64,000 bases of DNA from NCBI RefSeq assembly GCF_009914755.1, contig NC_060926.1; one strand, 5' to 3'. Under the pieces are notes generated by a model that saw only the letters and a program-made list of their open reading frames with translations, was not told the DNA's origin and did no database searches. This DNA comes from the human T2T-CHM13v2.0 reference genome, Homo sapiens. The translations under genes and the position numbers were made by a program. Below, in pieces: positions 1 to 15,143 of this stretch. Numbering within the stretch: the first letter of the stretch is position 1; the number at the start of each line of letters is the position of its first letter.

Positions 1-53
1 ACCTCGGCCTCCCAAAGTGCTGGGATTACAGGTGTGAGCCACCGCGCCCGGCC
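1..53 (-). mobile_element. Alu 5' end (partial, runs off window start)
   Basis: CCTCCCAAAGTGCTGGGATTACAGGTGTGAGCCACCGCGCCCGGCC is the reverse complement of the Alu left-arm start. Confidence 0.97.
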
Positions 54-82
54 AAGAATAATAATATTTTTAAAAATGTTCA

Positions 83-369
83 GGCCGGGCGCGGTGGCTC
101 ACGCCTGTAATCCCAGCACTTTGGGAGGCCGAGGCGGGCGGATCACGAGGTCAGGAGATCGAGACCATCCCGGCTACAACGGTGAAACCCCGTCTCTACT
201 AAAAATACAAAAAAATTAGCCGGGCGTAGTGGCGGGCGCCTGTAGTCCCAGCTACTTGGGAGGCTGAGGCAGGAGAATGGCGTGAACCCGGGAGCCAAGA
301 TCCCGCCACTGCACTCCAGCCTGGGTGACAGAGCGAGACTCCGTCTCAAAAAAAAAAAAAAAAAAAAAA
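83..369 (+). mobile_element. AluYa5 with 17-bp internal deletion
   Basis: Ya5 diagnostic states CATCCCGG, CTAcAACGG, CGTAGTGG, CTACTTGGG, GATCCCGCC; A22 tail; TSD AAAAATGTTCA at 72-82 and 365-375. Confidence 0.9.
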
Positions 370-1109
370 TGTTCAATACCTTATAGTAGGCATGTTGATA
401 GTGATAGGAAAAGAAAATTCTATTCTTGGATTGCTGAAATATTAATCATCATGTGTTAAATTTTGTCAAGTTCTTTTTCTATGTGCCTTTTGAAATGTTC
501 ATATACTTTTAAAACTCTTAATAGAGTTAAGTATATTGTATAATAATTTTCACATTTAAAGTCAACCTTGCTTTCCTAAGCTAAATTTTTTTTTATTATA
601 ATGTGTTACCTTCCTCTGTATTAAAAGATTTGGCTTGCTAATGTTGTGTAAAAATTTTATGTCTATGTTTATAAAGGCTATTTGCCATTGTTACTATTAT
701 TAAAATTATTTGCAATGTCTCTGTCAGATCTTGGTATTAGGGTTATACTGGCCTCATAAAATGAATTGGGATATATTTTCTTCCTCCCTTTTTTCTGATA
801 GAGTTTGTGTAAGATTTTAATGTCTTCCTTAAATGTTTAATAAAATTAGCCAATTAAGTCATTTTGCTCAGAGTTTTCTTTTTGGGAAGATCTGAAATAA
901 CAAATTTAACATCTTTAATCGATACAAGAGAGATAACATCTTTAAAAGATACAAGAATATTCAGATTTTATTTCATCTGGAGTTAGTTTTGCTAAATCAT
1001 ATTATTCAATGAATTTGTACATTGAATTTGTACATTGTACATTTGTACTTGTACATTGTACAAGTGTATAAACTTGTTTACAACACTCTCCTATTTTCCT
1101 TTTAATGGG

Positions 1110-1298
1110 CAATGCTGCCCAATTGAACTTTCTGTAATAATGGAAATATTCTACATCGGCATTGCCCAATCTGGTAACTAATAGCCATATGTGGCTACTG
1201 AGGACTTGAAATGAGACTGTGACTAAGAAACTGAATTTTGTTTAATTTTAGTTAATTTAAATAGCCGTATGTAGTTGGGGCAAACCATGATGGGTAGT
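1110..1298 (+). mobile_element. MER3 (hAT-Charlie MITE)
   Basis: GAACTTTCTGTAATAATGGAAATATTCTA...TAGCCATATGTGGCTACTGAGGACTTGAAATG resembles the MER3 consensus. Confidence 0.85.
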
Positions 1299-1552
1299 AA
1301 AGATTTGTAAGTTTCTAGGGATAACTCCCCTTTTATTCCTGGGGCTAAAAATCTATGTTCCCTCTATCTTTGTCTTCATTAACTTAGTTAGGAGTTTATT
1401 AATTTTATTAGTTTCAAAAAACCAAATGTTGGATTTGTTAACATTCTCTATTACTTGTTTTCAATTTTATTAATTTCTGTTGTTATGTTCATTATTTCAG
1501 TTCTTCTCATTCTGCCATTCTCATTCTCATTCTCCTCTTCTCTTTATAATAG

Positions 1553-1790
<238 letters not shown>

Positions 1791-2292
1791 TAAAGCACTA
1801 AATTTCTCTCTAAGCAATACTTTATCTACATCCATCAAATTATACCTTTTTCCATTTAAAATATTTCTGATTTGCCTTATGGTTTCTTCTTTGATCAATA
1901 CACCATTTAGAATTGTTGTTTAATTGGCAAATATTGAAGTTGTCATTGATTTCTTATCGTTATGCTTTAAAACTTTTCCATTGTGGTGAGAGACTATTTC
2001 CTGCATGATATAAAGTGTTTTAAATATATGAAGACATTTTTATGACCCAGTATATAATTTATATGTGTGATTGTGAATTATGCAACTGTCGCATGTTTTT
2101 GGTCTACTTTTTCTACCAACTGATAAGAAATGGGAATTAAAATCTTAACCTATGATTACATAATTGTTTATTTCTACCTTTAATTCTTCCTGCCTCCTTT
2201 TAAATTATATGAAACTTTTAAAATTCCATCTCACATATGTATATATAAAACTGTGTTTATATGTATGTGTGGTGTGATGGCACCAGTGATTA

Positions 2293-2380
2293 CAATATAC
2301 ATAGTATCTACTATCCCAACTCCTTCTCCCACTCCAATATACATACTATCTACTATCCCAACACTTTCTTCCAATCCAAT
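2293..2380. repeat. 42-bp tandem duplication (about 2 copies)
   Basis: CAATATACATA(G/C)TATCTACTATCCCAAC at 2293 and 2335. Confidence 0.9.
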
Positions 2381-3381
2381 TGTCTATCTTATATTTGCCA
2401 GATATATTACATCTCTATATATTATACAGCTTGTAGAAAAATGTTATAAATTTTGTTTTCTCTTTTCTATCTTTATAGATTATCTTATTGTAGACATCTC
2501 ATATAAATGGAATAATAACAAAAAAAAAATTTGTTTTCAACTGTCCTTTGTATTTTATGGAAACTAAAAAAAAAAAATCTTTTATATTTACCCAGATATT
2601 AAGGCTGGAAGAAAGAAGTTAACATTAATCATAATTAACAGCCTTAAATAGAGCCATTTTTTTCCTCCACAATGCAGTGAAAATGCATATTTCCATCTAT
2701 TAAAATTCCAAATAAGTAAAGTGAGACAAGAAAACACAAGAGAAAAAATAACCTAAGTAACTTAGAAATGCACTCTTATTTTTATTTTTGTTAATATTAT
2801 AGATCAAGATACTACAATAGGTACTTTCAGGGACATGAAGATTAAGCCAAACTTCTGTAAACAAGGAGCTGACAGCCTACTAGTTCCTTATTTTGCCTGA
2901 AACTGATTATCTTAAATGATCTAAACTGTCCAGACACATTTTAATTTTTTTCTTACTTTACATATTTACTTACAGCTAATAAGATGCTTATAATTATCAT
3001 ATTTTTACATAATATACCTAAAACTCTTTTCTTCCCTAGAAGAATTTACTTCACTGAAACAGAAGAATAAGAGGCGTTTGTATTCTTATGGTCTGCCTCT
3101 GAAACATCCCTTCATATTTCCTCACCACAGCTGACCTAGAGAATAGCGATCCCTACTGTGGTGCAGTTCTAAGCTTTATTCCCACTAGAAAGTGCAGACA
3201 TCACTTTCAATATCATGAAATCCAAACTACTTGTACCTTGTGTGTTTGTACATGTACTTTGGAAATTAAATGGCTACTTTTTTCTTCTCTTCACTTGGAG
3301 AATGGTTTTTACAATAACACGCTTAAGAAATATAAAGCAAGATAAATAAGTAGTTGTAGATCTCTTAAAGAATGCAAATGC

Positions 3382-3783
<402 letters not shown>

Positions 3784-5853
3784 TTACATTTATTTCAACC
3801 TCTCACTGTGTTTACTTTTAAATTTCATATTTAATATTGAGGCATATATATATTCACACAGTTTCAGATATATGATCACAGGAGCAAAGGGAAAAGGCTC
3901 TACTTTAGGAAAAATAGACAACCTTAGAATACTCTCTTTCTTACATGTACATAGTGCATTTGTATATTTCTTTATGCTTTAAAGATTCTAAAAGAAGCTT
4001 TAAAATACGCAAAGATGGGATAGGAAAACACGAAACAGTAACAATGTGTTTATAGTTTGGGGGACATAGAAATATCTAAGAATCTCTCTGGAGCCTGTAG
4101 AAAATCCGAATATTTGAGTTTTTGATTGTTTCTTCCTACTTCTACCTTATATATGTGTTACTGCTAGTGATAAAGATATGTCAAATATTGTTCATTACAT
4201 GTGTGTTTATTTTAACATTCACTGTGAATCTATAAAGTGACTTGGTTTTTTTTCTATCATTTATGAATGAAGAACTTGAGGCTCAGTCAATTTATAAATT
4301 TGTACTAGTTCTCAAACTTCACAAGTAAAGGAATCAGAATTCAGGCCAAGGGCTATAAACTTTCACAGTCTTTGCTCATGAACATTCAATACACCTCTCC
4401 CTCCTGCTTCATGAAAGAAACACAGAAGAGAAAGGATATTTAAACACCCTTTTATGGAAAATCTCCTCCATATTTAAAGAGCAATAGCTCTACTTCATGG
4501 AGGAAATATCAACAGATATGGAGGATTTAACAAATTAGATGATTGTAATAGAAAGAATGATAAGATTCAATATCGCCCACTAAGTGTTTTAAAATACTAC
4601 CAGAAAATGCTAGTATTTCTTTTTTATATTTAATTTAAAAAATATGTATGTTTTGGGTAGAAGACAATTATTCATTTAATATTGGGTTGTTTATATGGTA
4701 CATACCTTTAGTAAAAATTATGACCATTGTTCCCTGACTTTATTCAATGTTGTATTTATTGTAAAGTAGGAGGCTATTGATATAACAATAAATTCTACAG
4801 CCTTGTCAAGCAGTGCGTAAAGTTAAATACAAGTCTGAGGAAGCAGTTTTATGTGGCTGTATGAATTCATCTGATGTTGGCCAAAGTTCCTAATACCTGA
4901 CTTAATTTTAAATATTTAGACCTTTTCCTGCAAATATTAAGCATGTATCAATGGTTCAGTAGGAAACAAACAAACAAACAAACAAACACAAATTAGAACT
5001 AGTTTCCTGGGATTTATGAGACATGGAGATTTGTAATTTTTATTTTGGGAATAAATAAAAACTTCATGATAAAGTGGATTTTTTACTATGTAGCTGGTGA
5101 TTAATTTCTAAGTTCACATAAGAATAACCTAAATATTGTCCTCAAGATGAGCCTACCTTCAAACAAACACAAAATGCCATGTTTCAAGCCAAATGAAACA
5201 GAACATCTGAGGAAATGTATCTCTATTCAAGTGTATAAGATATGTTATTTTTAGCCTATAGATTTCTTATATCAAGGCAATGTCACCACTCTCATTTCTA
5301 AGGGAAAAAAAGGTAAAAAAAATTTCTTCAAAATCTAATTTTGTAATCAAAAATAGAAATAAAAGAAAGGAGAAACATTATTGATAGGTTTATAAACAAC
5401 TTTTAGATTAGATATTTCTTGCCTCAGCCAGTAATATTACAGGAAATTTCCACTCTATATTAAGATGCATATTTCAGGATTAATTTTATTAGTGTAACTA
5501 AAATATCTTACTTTTGTGAGAAAATTGTTTAGAATAATATCAAGATATTTTGCTTTTACTAATATTTTCACGAGTTTTTATAGAACATTTTATCTTTATA
5601 AAAATCCTTCACTTCCACTTTGACAAGAACGACTCAACTTTTTTATATATGTAATTTGTGTAAAATTTTTTGAACAAATTATTTCATTGCTTTAAAATTT
5701 AGAAAATTTCTGCTTGCTACCAATGTTCTCTAGCTTTTGTAAATATGTGAAAACCACAGTCACATATTTTAAGGGCATGTCTCAATTTTACGGCAAAATC
5801 TATTTGAAGATACCATCTATTATGCCATATTTGCTCATTAAAACTTGTTTGGA

Positions 5854-6202
<349 letters not shown>

Positions 6203-6234
6203 TCAACAAATATTTAACTGTATATCCCCTATAC

Positions 6235-6571
6235 CAGGGGTCCCCAACCCCAATGCGATGAACTACTACCAGTCCGTGGCCTGTTAGGAACGAGGCTGCG
6301 CAGCAGCAGGTGAGCATGGGTGAGGTAGCATTACTGTCTGAGCTCCACCTCCTGTCAGATCAGAGGCCACATTAGATTCTCATAGGAGCACAAACCCTAT
6401 TGTGACCTGTGCATGCGAGGGATCTAGGTTGTGCGCTCCTTATGAGAATCTAATGCCTGATGATCTGAGGTGGAACAGCTTCATCCTAAAACCATCTCCC
6501 CCATCCCGGTCTGTGGAAAAATTATCTTCCATGAAACTGGTCCCAGGTACCAAAAATGTTGGGGACCACTG
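6235..6571 (+). mobile_element. MER1B (hAT-Charlie), nested in an L2 remnant
   Basis: Termini CAGGGGTCCCCAAC...GTTGGGGACCACTG; internal TTAGATTCTCATAGGAGC / GCTCCTTATGAGAATCTAA; degenerate 8-bp TSD. Confidence 0.9.
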
Positions 6572-6759
6572 TTCCATACAGCACACTCCGTGATAGGCAT
6601 CTAGGGTGCAGAGATAACCAGAATGCTCCCTCTATCAACTCATAGTTCAGTATAAAAAGAAAATGAAAGAAAATCATTGCCCCCTCCTGGATGAGCAATA
6701 ATAATGGTAGCTGGGGAATAAAGAGAAGAGCTCACCAAATCTAAAAAACAGAATAGAAA

Positions 6760-7350
6760 AGCAAGGAAAAGAAAGGAACTTTACAGGAGAGGAACTTGAC
6801 AAATATACCTCAGCCGGGTGATTAAAGTCAATATCGAAAATCATAAATCATGTTGATGGTAGGTACCTCTAATATGATATGGGAAAATGGCACTTTCCCT
6901 CTGTAGTATTCCTCCCGATAACCTATAATGTAAAAATTATCATGAGAAAATCATCAGACAATTTTCAGTAGTGGGACAACCTACTAAACATCTGAGTAGT
7001 AGACCTCAAAACTGTCAAACTCATCAAAGGCTGAGATACTGCCACAGCTAACATGAATCGAAATAAACTTGACAACCAAATGCAATGTGAAATCCTACAT
7101 GAGATCCTGGAACAGATAAAGGATACTAGGTAAAAACTAAGGAAATCTGAATAATGCATGAACTTTAGTTAATAATAATATACCCTATTAGTTTATCATA
7201 AAAATTGTACCATATGAATATAAGATGTCAATAGTAGGGGAAAGTGGGAATGGAATATATGGATATTCTACGTACTATCTTCTCAATTTTCCTCCTTTAT
7301 GCTATTCTAAAAAAATCTAACATTCTTCTAAAAATTTAAGTCTACTTTTT
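6760..7350 (+). mobile_element. L1MC/L1MD-type 3' end fragment
   Basis: GATCCTGGAACAGATAAAGGA...AAAAACTAAGGAAATCTGAATAA...TTAGTTAATAATAAT, typical of the old L1M 3' UTR. Confidence 0.75.
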
Positions 7351-8704
7351 TAAAAGGATGTCTCTAATTTCGAATGTAGAATTTTAAGTGGTGAGATGTC
7401 AAATGAAGGAGGAGAACATAAGTCTTTCTGGTATGAAGAAACATGTCCAGAAAGAAGAAACAGCTGTAAATTCACAATAGAAAAGGAGAATGACTGTTCA
7501 GAGAAATAACAAGTAGGTTGATATGACTCAAATATCATACATAGCAATGCACATCTGTAGCCTTACAGTTTTCTCACTTTGGGATCAAAAATCTTTTGTT
7601 TTCCTGGTCCTACCACTCAATAATTATGTGGTTTAGGGTATGCCATTTGCCCTCTCTCAGAGTCTGAATGCTATGAACATCCATGAAACTGAAGTAACAA
7701 TTCCTGTCTTGAAGAGCTGCTATAAGAATCAGACATCTTCCATAAAACACAGCATAGCTGTTGTATAGCTCATCAATGGCAATGTATAGTTATCATGCAT
7801 ACACTGAAATTGTGCTGCTCAAGAAATTGAAAAAGTATCATGGCAACCACTTTTGTAAATTTAATTTGATGCCAAAGATCACTACATTCTTTTTTTTTTT
7901 TTTCTGTCTTGGGAATTTTACTTTTTTTCTTTTAGATTGGTATATATGTTATTTAAATATCCAAACCCAGAATACATTTAAGTAAAAAGGGGGAAAATAT
8001 TTTTCAAAACTGAATTACTTGCCCTGTGACTAAGTAATCATCAATCTAAGAATTTTTCTATGAAAATAAATATAAAATATGGAACATGTGTATTTCTTAT
8101 AGACACATTCATGTTACTCATATCAAAAATTTCAAAACCAAGTATTAACGTTCAAAAATAGAACAATTGGAAAGCACATTACTACATATATATTCTATAT
8201 GCATATATGTGTATGCATGTAGGTACACATCTATTACAGTCCTGATTTCAAATATACGTAGCAATTTGAAAGTATCTTTAACTTAAAATTTAAAGCATAA
8301 CATCAAATTGTAGGTATTCCAAAATTATGTTATATTTAGAAGTATACAGGGAAAAAAGAGACTAAACAGGTAAAGACCAAGGAAGACACTAGAAATTATG
8401 AGAGTAGAGGTGACAAAAATATCTTTTTATTTTTTCATATGTTTCTAATGTGATTGTATTGCTTTTATGACTAGAAATTCAAGTTCTTAAAGTGCAGAGT
8501 GCATGTTAAATGATCACAGAATCCTGATGGCACCATTTAAGAGTCAGAAAAAATATACTTTGGATTAGTATTAATATAAACATATTATGACTTAAGAAAA
8601 GTCAAGATTAAATTTTTAAACAAACTCAGTAAAATGTTTTAATTTAATAATAGAACTTATCATGAAATATCTTAAGTAACTAAACTATTATGAAACCTAA
8701 AACA

Positions 8705-9020
8705 GGTTGGGTGCTGTGGCTCATGCCTGTAATCCTATCACTCTGGGAGGCCATGGTGGGAGGATTGCTCCAGGCCAGGAGTTCCAGACCAGCTTGGGCA
8801 ACATAACAAGACCCTGACTCTACAAAAAAAAAAATAAAGTAAAATAAAATAAAATTAGCTGGATGCCATGGCATGTGCCTGTAGTCCCAGTTATTTAAAA
8901 GGCTGAGGTGGGGGGATGGCTGGAGCCCAGGAGTTCAAGGATACGGTGCACCATGGCCACACCACTGCATGCCAGCCTGGTTGACAGAATGAGATTCTGT
9001 CTCAAAAAAAAAAAAAAAAT
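8705..9020 (+). mobile_element. AluJ
   Basis: Diverged dimer with GGAGGATTGCT and GCCCAGGAGTTCAAGG J-type motifs; TSD GAAACCTAAAACA. Confidence 0.9.
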
Positions 9021-10010
9021 AGAAACCTAAAACAAAAATTGATTTTTCCAAAATGAAAATATATTATGCTATTTTTCAGAAATTCAATTTGCAGTCAAAT
9101 AAGATTTATTTCTATTTTCCATAATTTTTGTTCTCAATGAGATTATTTAATTTTAAATTATATTTGTTAAAAAATTGCTTGTTATTTATTTAAAAAGGTA
9201 ATAATAATTTGTCAAATAAATCACATTTAAGTGATTTCCACACTTTTCTATTGCTTTAATCATTTTACAAAGATATTTTTCAAAGTAGCAAAAATATTTT
9301 TTATTAGTATAACATCTACCTTCATGAATCTTTGTATGATATTTCTAGATTATGAAACTTCACTGAAATATAATGTTATTTATATTTCTTGCTTAGAGTT
9401 TCAAAATCTGCCAATTACATAATTAATGTTATTTATATATTTCAACTGATGCACTTTACCAAGAATCTTACCTTGGGGATATCCCCTTATATTATCATAA
9501 ATTTAATTCCCATTTCATTTTATTTCAAGTTGATATATCTTTAAGATTTTGATCAATTCTAAAAATGCTCAGTTTTGGGTTTACAAAAGAGATACTTTTG
9601 TTTTCATGTTTTCTTATTTTGATTATACCCTGTCCATTTCATCAGTTTTCTTTCAAACCGTAAGTCTTCTTTACATCACACTGACTATCTAAAGTTTGAC
9701 CTAGGTTTTAATGAATCTCAATTTAGGGAGGAAAAAAAATTGTCAATGGTCTGAACTAATTTTATTGGATCAGTAGCAGTCAGTAAAGCAATTGCTTAGT
9801 GTCTCCTTGACATCTCTTTAGCATTTGTTTCCTCTGATCACTAACTCTACCTTGATCTGTTGAAGTGAGGCATGAGATTCAGTAGGACACTGGTAAATTA
9901 GCTTTTACTTTATCTTTATAGGAAAGCAATTTATAGATGTCTTTTTCCCTAGTCATCTCCTGTCAAGAGGGAAATGCCAAACAACTACTCCAACTTTACT
10001 ATGAGGAGAG

Positions 10011-10012
<2 letters not shown>

Positions 10013-10066
<54 letters not shown>
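10013..10066. repeat. (AC)n microsatellite, about 27 uninterrupted units
   Basis: Perfect AC run. Confidence 0.98.
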
Positions 10067-10069
<3 letters not shown>

Positions 10070-10984
10070 ACAGTGGGGCATCTAGCCTCTAATTCTTGCC
10101 AAGCTTAATTTTCTGTTGCTGACTTCAGAAGACCTCTTTCAAAGTATGGCTTTCCAGCAGCATCTTAATGAATTGTGTTACTCCACAAAAACTTATCACC
10201 TGAGTCTGTAGTCTCGGTTAATTTCCGCTTAGGCAAAATGGTTACCTCCATCATAGCAGACATGAAAATTCTGGCTAAGGAATAACTTTCAGTTTTCAAT
10301 CAACATAATAAAAAACAAGTATAAGGTAGTAATTACTTTGTCCCAGGTTCTTCCCAAAATTATGTACAAAGGAGCAAAGTCTGGCCTTTAGGAGCCCATC
10401 TATGGTCATAAAAAAATCATGGAATATTTTTTAAGGAATTTAGTGATAAGCTATCCTAACTCCTTATTTTCAAATGAGGAAACTGAGGCCATGAAATTTG
10501 AAGCATTCCGTAAGTCAGTAAAAAAGCAAAAGCTATATCAAAATGCATTCAGTATTTAAATAATACCAGACTAGCTTATTCAATATCTGTTTTAGTCTTC
10601 ACAGCTGCTCAAGAGATAAGTATTTTCATGATTTACATTTCACATATAAGGGAATTTAAGCACAGACAAATTAAATTATGTACATAGGTCACAGACATTT
10701 TGTAGTAGAACTGGTACTAAATAGGCAGTCTAACCCAGGATTTTGCATTCTAAGCCACTATTCTATAACTGCCTTCAGAGTTGAAATTCAGTTATTTAAA
10801 TATCTAGGCTGTTAGCTACATGAAGATGGAGATTTTATTCTATTTTTGTTTTCACTGCTGGTTATTTACTCAATGCCTAGAATAGGTTTATGATAGATGC
10901 TCAACACATGGTTATTTATTGCACTGACATAAGTATGTAAAATAGCATACATTGCATTAAGTATGTGCTGTTGACACCCTTTTA

Positions 10985-11700
10985 GAAAATAATTTTAACT
11001 TTTATTTTAGATTCATGGAGTATATGTGCAGGTTTTTTACATGGGTATATCGCATGATGCTGAGGTCTGGGATACAAATGTTCCCATTACCCAGGTACTG
11101 AGCATAGTAGCAGTTTTGAGCCCTTACTCTCCTCCCTCTCTCCCTGCTCTAGTAGTCCCTAGTGTATTGTTCCCATCTTAATGACTACTGTACCCAATTG
11201 TTAGCTCCCACTTATAGGTGAGAACATGCAATATTTGATTTTACGTTCCAGCATTAATTTCCTTAGAATAATGGACTCCAGCTGCATCCATGTTGCGGCA
11301 AAGGATATGATTTCATTCTTATTTATGGCTGTGTAGTATTTCATGGTGAATATGTACCATATTTTCTTATGCAGTCCACTGTTGTTGGGCACCTAGGTTG
11401 ATTCCATGTATTTGCTATTGTGAGTAGTGCTGCTGTCAACATATGAGTGCATGTGTCTTTTCGGTAGAACAATTTATTTTCCTTTGGGTATATACCTAGT
11501 AAGGGGATGCTGGGTTGAATAGTATAGTGAGATATCATCTCACACAAGTCAGAATGGCTATTACTAAAAAGTCAAAAACTAATAGATGCTGGCGAGACTG
11601 CAGAGAAAAGGGAATGCCTATGCACTGTTGGTGGGAATTTAAATTAGTTCAGCCACTATGGAGAGCAGTTTAGTGATTTCTCTAAGAAGTAAGAGTTGAA
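10985..11700 (-). mobile_element. L1PA15-17-type 3' fragment with 5' inversion (10985-11527 minus, 11528-11700 plus)
   Basis: Antisense 3' UTR (TTAGCTCCCACTTATAGGTGAGAACATGC) joined to sense TGAGATATCATCTCACACAAGTCAGAATGGCT... Confidence 0.88.
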
Positions 11701-11983
11701 GTGCTTTTTAATTTTTGTCTTCAGGGAGGTACTTGGGACAATTTTTTTTAAGTAAAATCTTAAAGGTTAACTATTCAGAAAAATCTGAACATAGTCTATA
11801 GTCAACATTACTGAAACTGATTTTGATTTAGCCAGCTGCAGGCTACTAGACACTAGTTCACATGTTTCTTTCTTCATAAGGCCTTCCTTAAGTCCTGTGT
11901 CTATATAAAATCCTGACCTTTTTCAGTTACAAAACCCTACACTTTACTTCATCTATCTTAATAATTACTTTACTTATATTTGT

Positions 11984-12325
11984 ACATTGCAAAACAATGT
12001 TTCTGTCAATGAAGGACCCCATATACAACGGTGCTCCCTAAGATGATAGTACTGGATTTTTCCTGTACTTTTTATATGTCTAAATTTGTTTAGATACACA
12101 AACACTTACCATTGTGTTACAATTATGTACAGTATCCAGTATAATAATATGCTGTATAGGTTTGTCACCTAGTAGCAATAGTCTATACTATATAGCCTAG
12201 TTATATAGCAGACTATACCATCTAGGTCTGTGTAAGTACACTCTGTAATGTTCACACAATAACAAAATTGCCTAACAATGCATTTCTCAGAATGTGTCTT
12301 CATCACTAAACAAAGCATGACTATA
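11984..12325 (+). mobile_element. Tigger3a/MER7A-like DNA transposon
   Basis: TTAGATACACAAACACTTACCATTGTGTTACAATT...AAATTGCCTAACAATGCATTTCTCAGAA...GCATGACTATA. Confidence 0.8.
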
Positions 12326-12499
12326 TGGTGATTTATGTGACTTTATGATGCTCCCTCAATAATTTCATAAGGGTGTATCATTTTTCTTCATTGATTTTCA
12401 GCACCTGGCAAAATGTCTCTCAGAGTAGCTATTAACTGAATAATAATTCTTGAAGAAATGAATGACCAGAAACAAATGACTATAGAAAGTGTTTGGAGG

Positions 12500-13420
<921 letters not shown>

Positions 13421-14159
13421 TATGGCTAACTCTAGATAAGAGGCCTAAATGATTCTTGCAGTGTAATGAGCCGAGCAGATAGTATCACATTCTTAGGATG
13501 TGATAAGGCCTTCAGACAAATATATGTTTTACCTCTGGGAAAGTAACTTAACCTCTCAGGTTTCAATTTCACTATCTGCAATTTTATAATAACAATTGAG
13601 GACCTCATTTCTTTTGAAGAATATATGTTAAGAATTTTTGATTGTTGTAATGGTAACATATCTAGGTACTATATGATAAGAAACACAATGATACTACTTA
13701 TTTTAAATGTGTGACCATCTCTAAGAACTGGTACTTGATATTAAATGATTTTATTCACTTTTACATAGCTTTGTATTATAATTTAGATAGTTTCTTCTGT
13801 GGTCAGAGCAAAATTTCCATTTAGTCATGAATTTAGTCAATTTAAATATTGCAGAGTCATAAGTCATTGAAATATCACCATCTTCCTTTCTTCTAGCAGT
13901 AATTGTACACGGACTGTCTCAGAAAAGGATGAATTCTATTTTTAAATATTCACAAATAAATTCAATTCTAAAACTTACTTCAAAAAACTCATTCTAAAAT
14001 TAATCACACTTTAACATCCTTTTGTATGTTACCTAATTAGTAAAATGAAAATAAGAATAATACTTATATCAAGTGGCTGAATCAGAATGTTTAATTGATG
14101 GGCCCAGGACTTCAATATTTTTTTAAAAGCTCACAGGTAATCTTAGTGTGTAGCATTGT

Positions 14160-14529
14160 TGTTATGGATGGAATGTTTGTGTCCAGCCAAATTTCATATG
14201 TTGAAATCCTAACCTCCAATATGATGGCATTAGGACATGAGTCCTTTGGGGGATAATTTATGTCTTGAGGGTGAAGCTCCCATAAATGGGATTAATTCCC
14301 TTGTAAAAGAGACACCAGAGAGCTCTCTTTATCCGTCTTTCTGACACATGAAGATACAACAAGAAGTCAGCAGTCTACAGTCCAGAAGGGGCCCCACACA
14401 ATAATCCAATTATGCTAGCACTCTGATCTTCGACTTCCAGGCTTCAGAACTAAGCAAAATAAATATCTGTTGAATATGAGCTATGCAGTCTATGGTACTC
14501 TGTGATATCAGCTAAAACTGACTAAGACA
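14160..14529 (+). mobile_element. MLT1A-family MaLR solo LTR
   Basis: TGTTATGGATGGAATGTTTGTGTCC...TTCATATGTTGAAATCCTAA...GACTAAGACA. Confidence 0.85.
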
Positions 14530-14758
14530 ACTGCTTTGGAGGTACACAAAGATTGAGGGAATCCCAAAGTCATTTGAGCACCATTATATAAATTTTAAAA
14601 TTTTAACCCTCGATTCATAGTCAATTGAGGTTAAGTTTTGGGTTGAGCATTGGATATAAGTACAGAAAAGCACCCCTGAGAGCACTTGTTATGGAAAACA
14701 GTAGGCCTGGAAAGTTAAATATGGAAATGGATTATAACTAGGTAAACCTAAACTAATC

Positions 14759-15143
14759 TGAAATGGTTTGGATCAGTGTCCTCAACCAAATCTTAGGTCA
14801 AATTGATAGCCTCAATGTTGAAGGTGAGCTTCGTGGCTGATTATATCATTGGGGTGGTTTCTCATGGTTTAACAACATCCCCCTTGGTGCTATCATCCCT
14901 AAAGTAAGTTCTTATGAGATTTGCTTGTTTCAGAGTATGCAGCATTCCCCCGCCCCTCTCGCTCTTGCTCTGGCTGTGTAGGACGTGCATGCTTCACCTT
15001 TGCTTCCACCATGATTGTGAGTTTCCTGAGGCCTCCTCAGAATCAGAAGCCGCTATGCTTTCTGTACAGCCTGCAGAATCGTGAGCCAATTAAACCTCTT
15101 TTCTGTATAAATTACCCAGCTTCAGATGTTTCTTTATAGCAGT
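14759..15143 (+). mobile_element. MSTA/MSTB MaLR LTR
   Basis: ATGGTTTGGATC...CACCATGATTGTGAGTTTCCTGAGGCCTCC...GTGAGCCAATTAAACCTCTTTTC. Confidence 0.87.
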
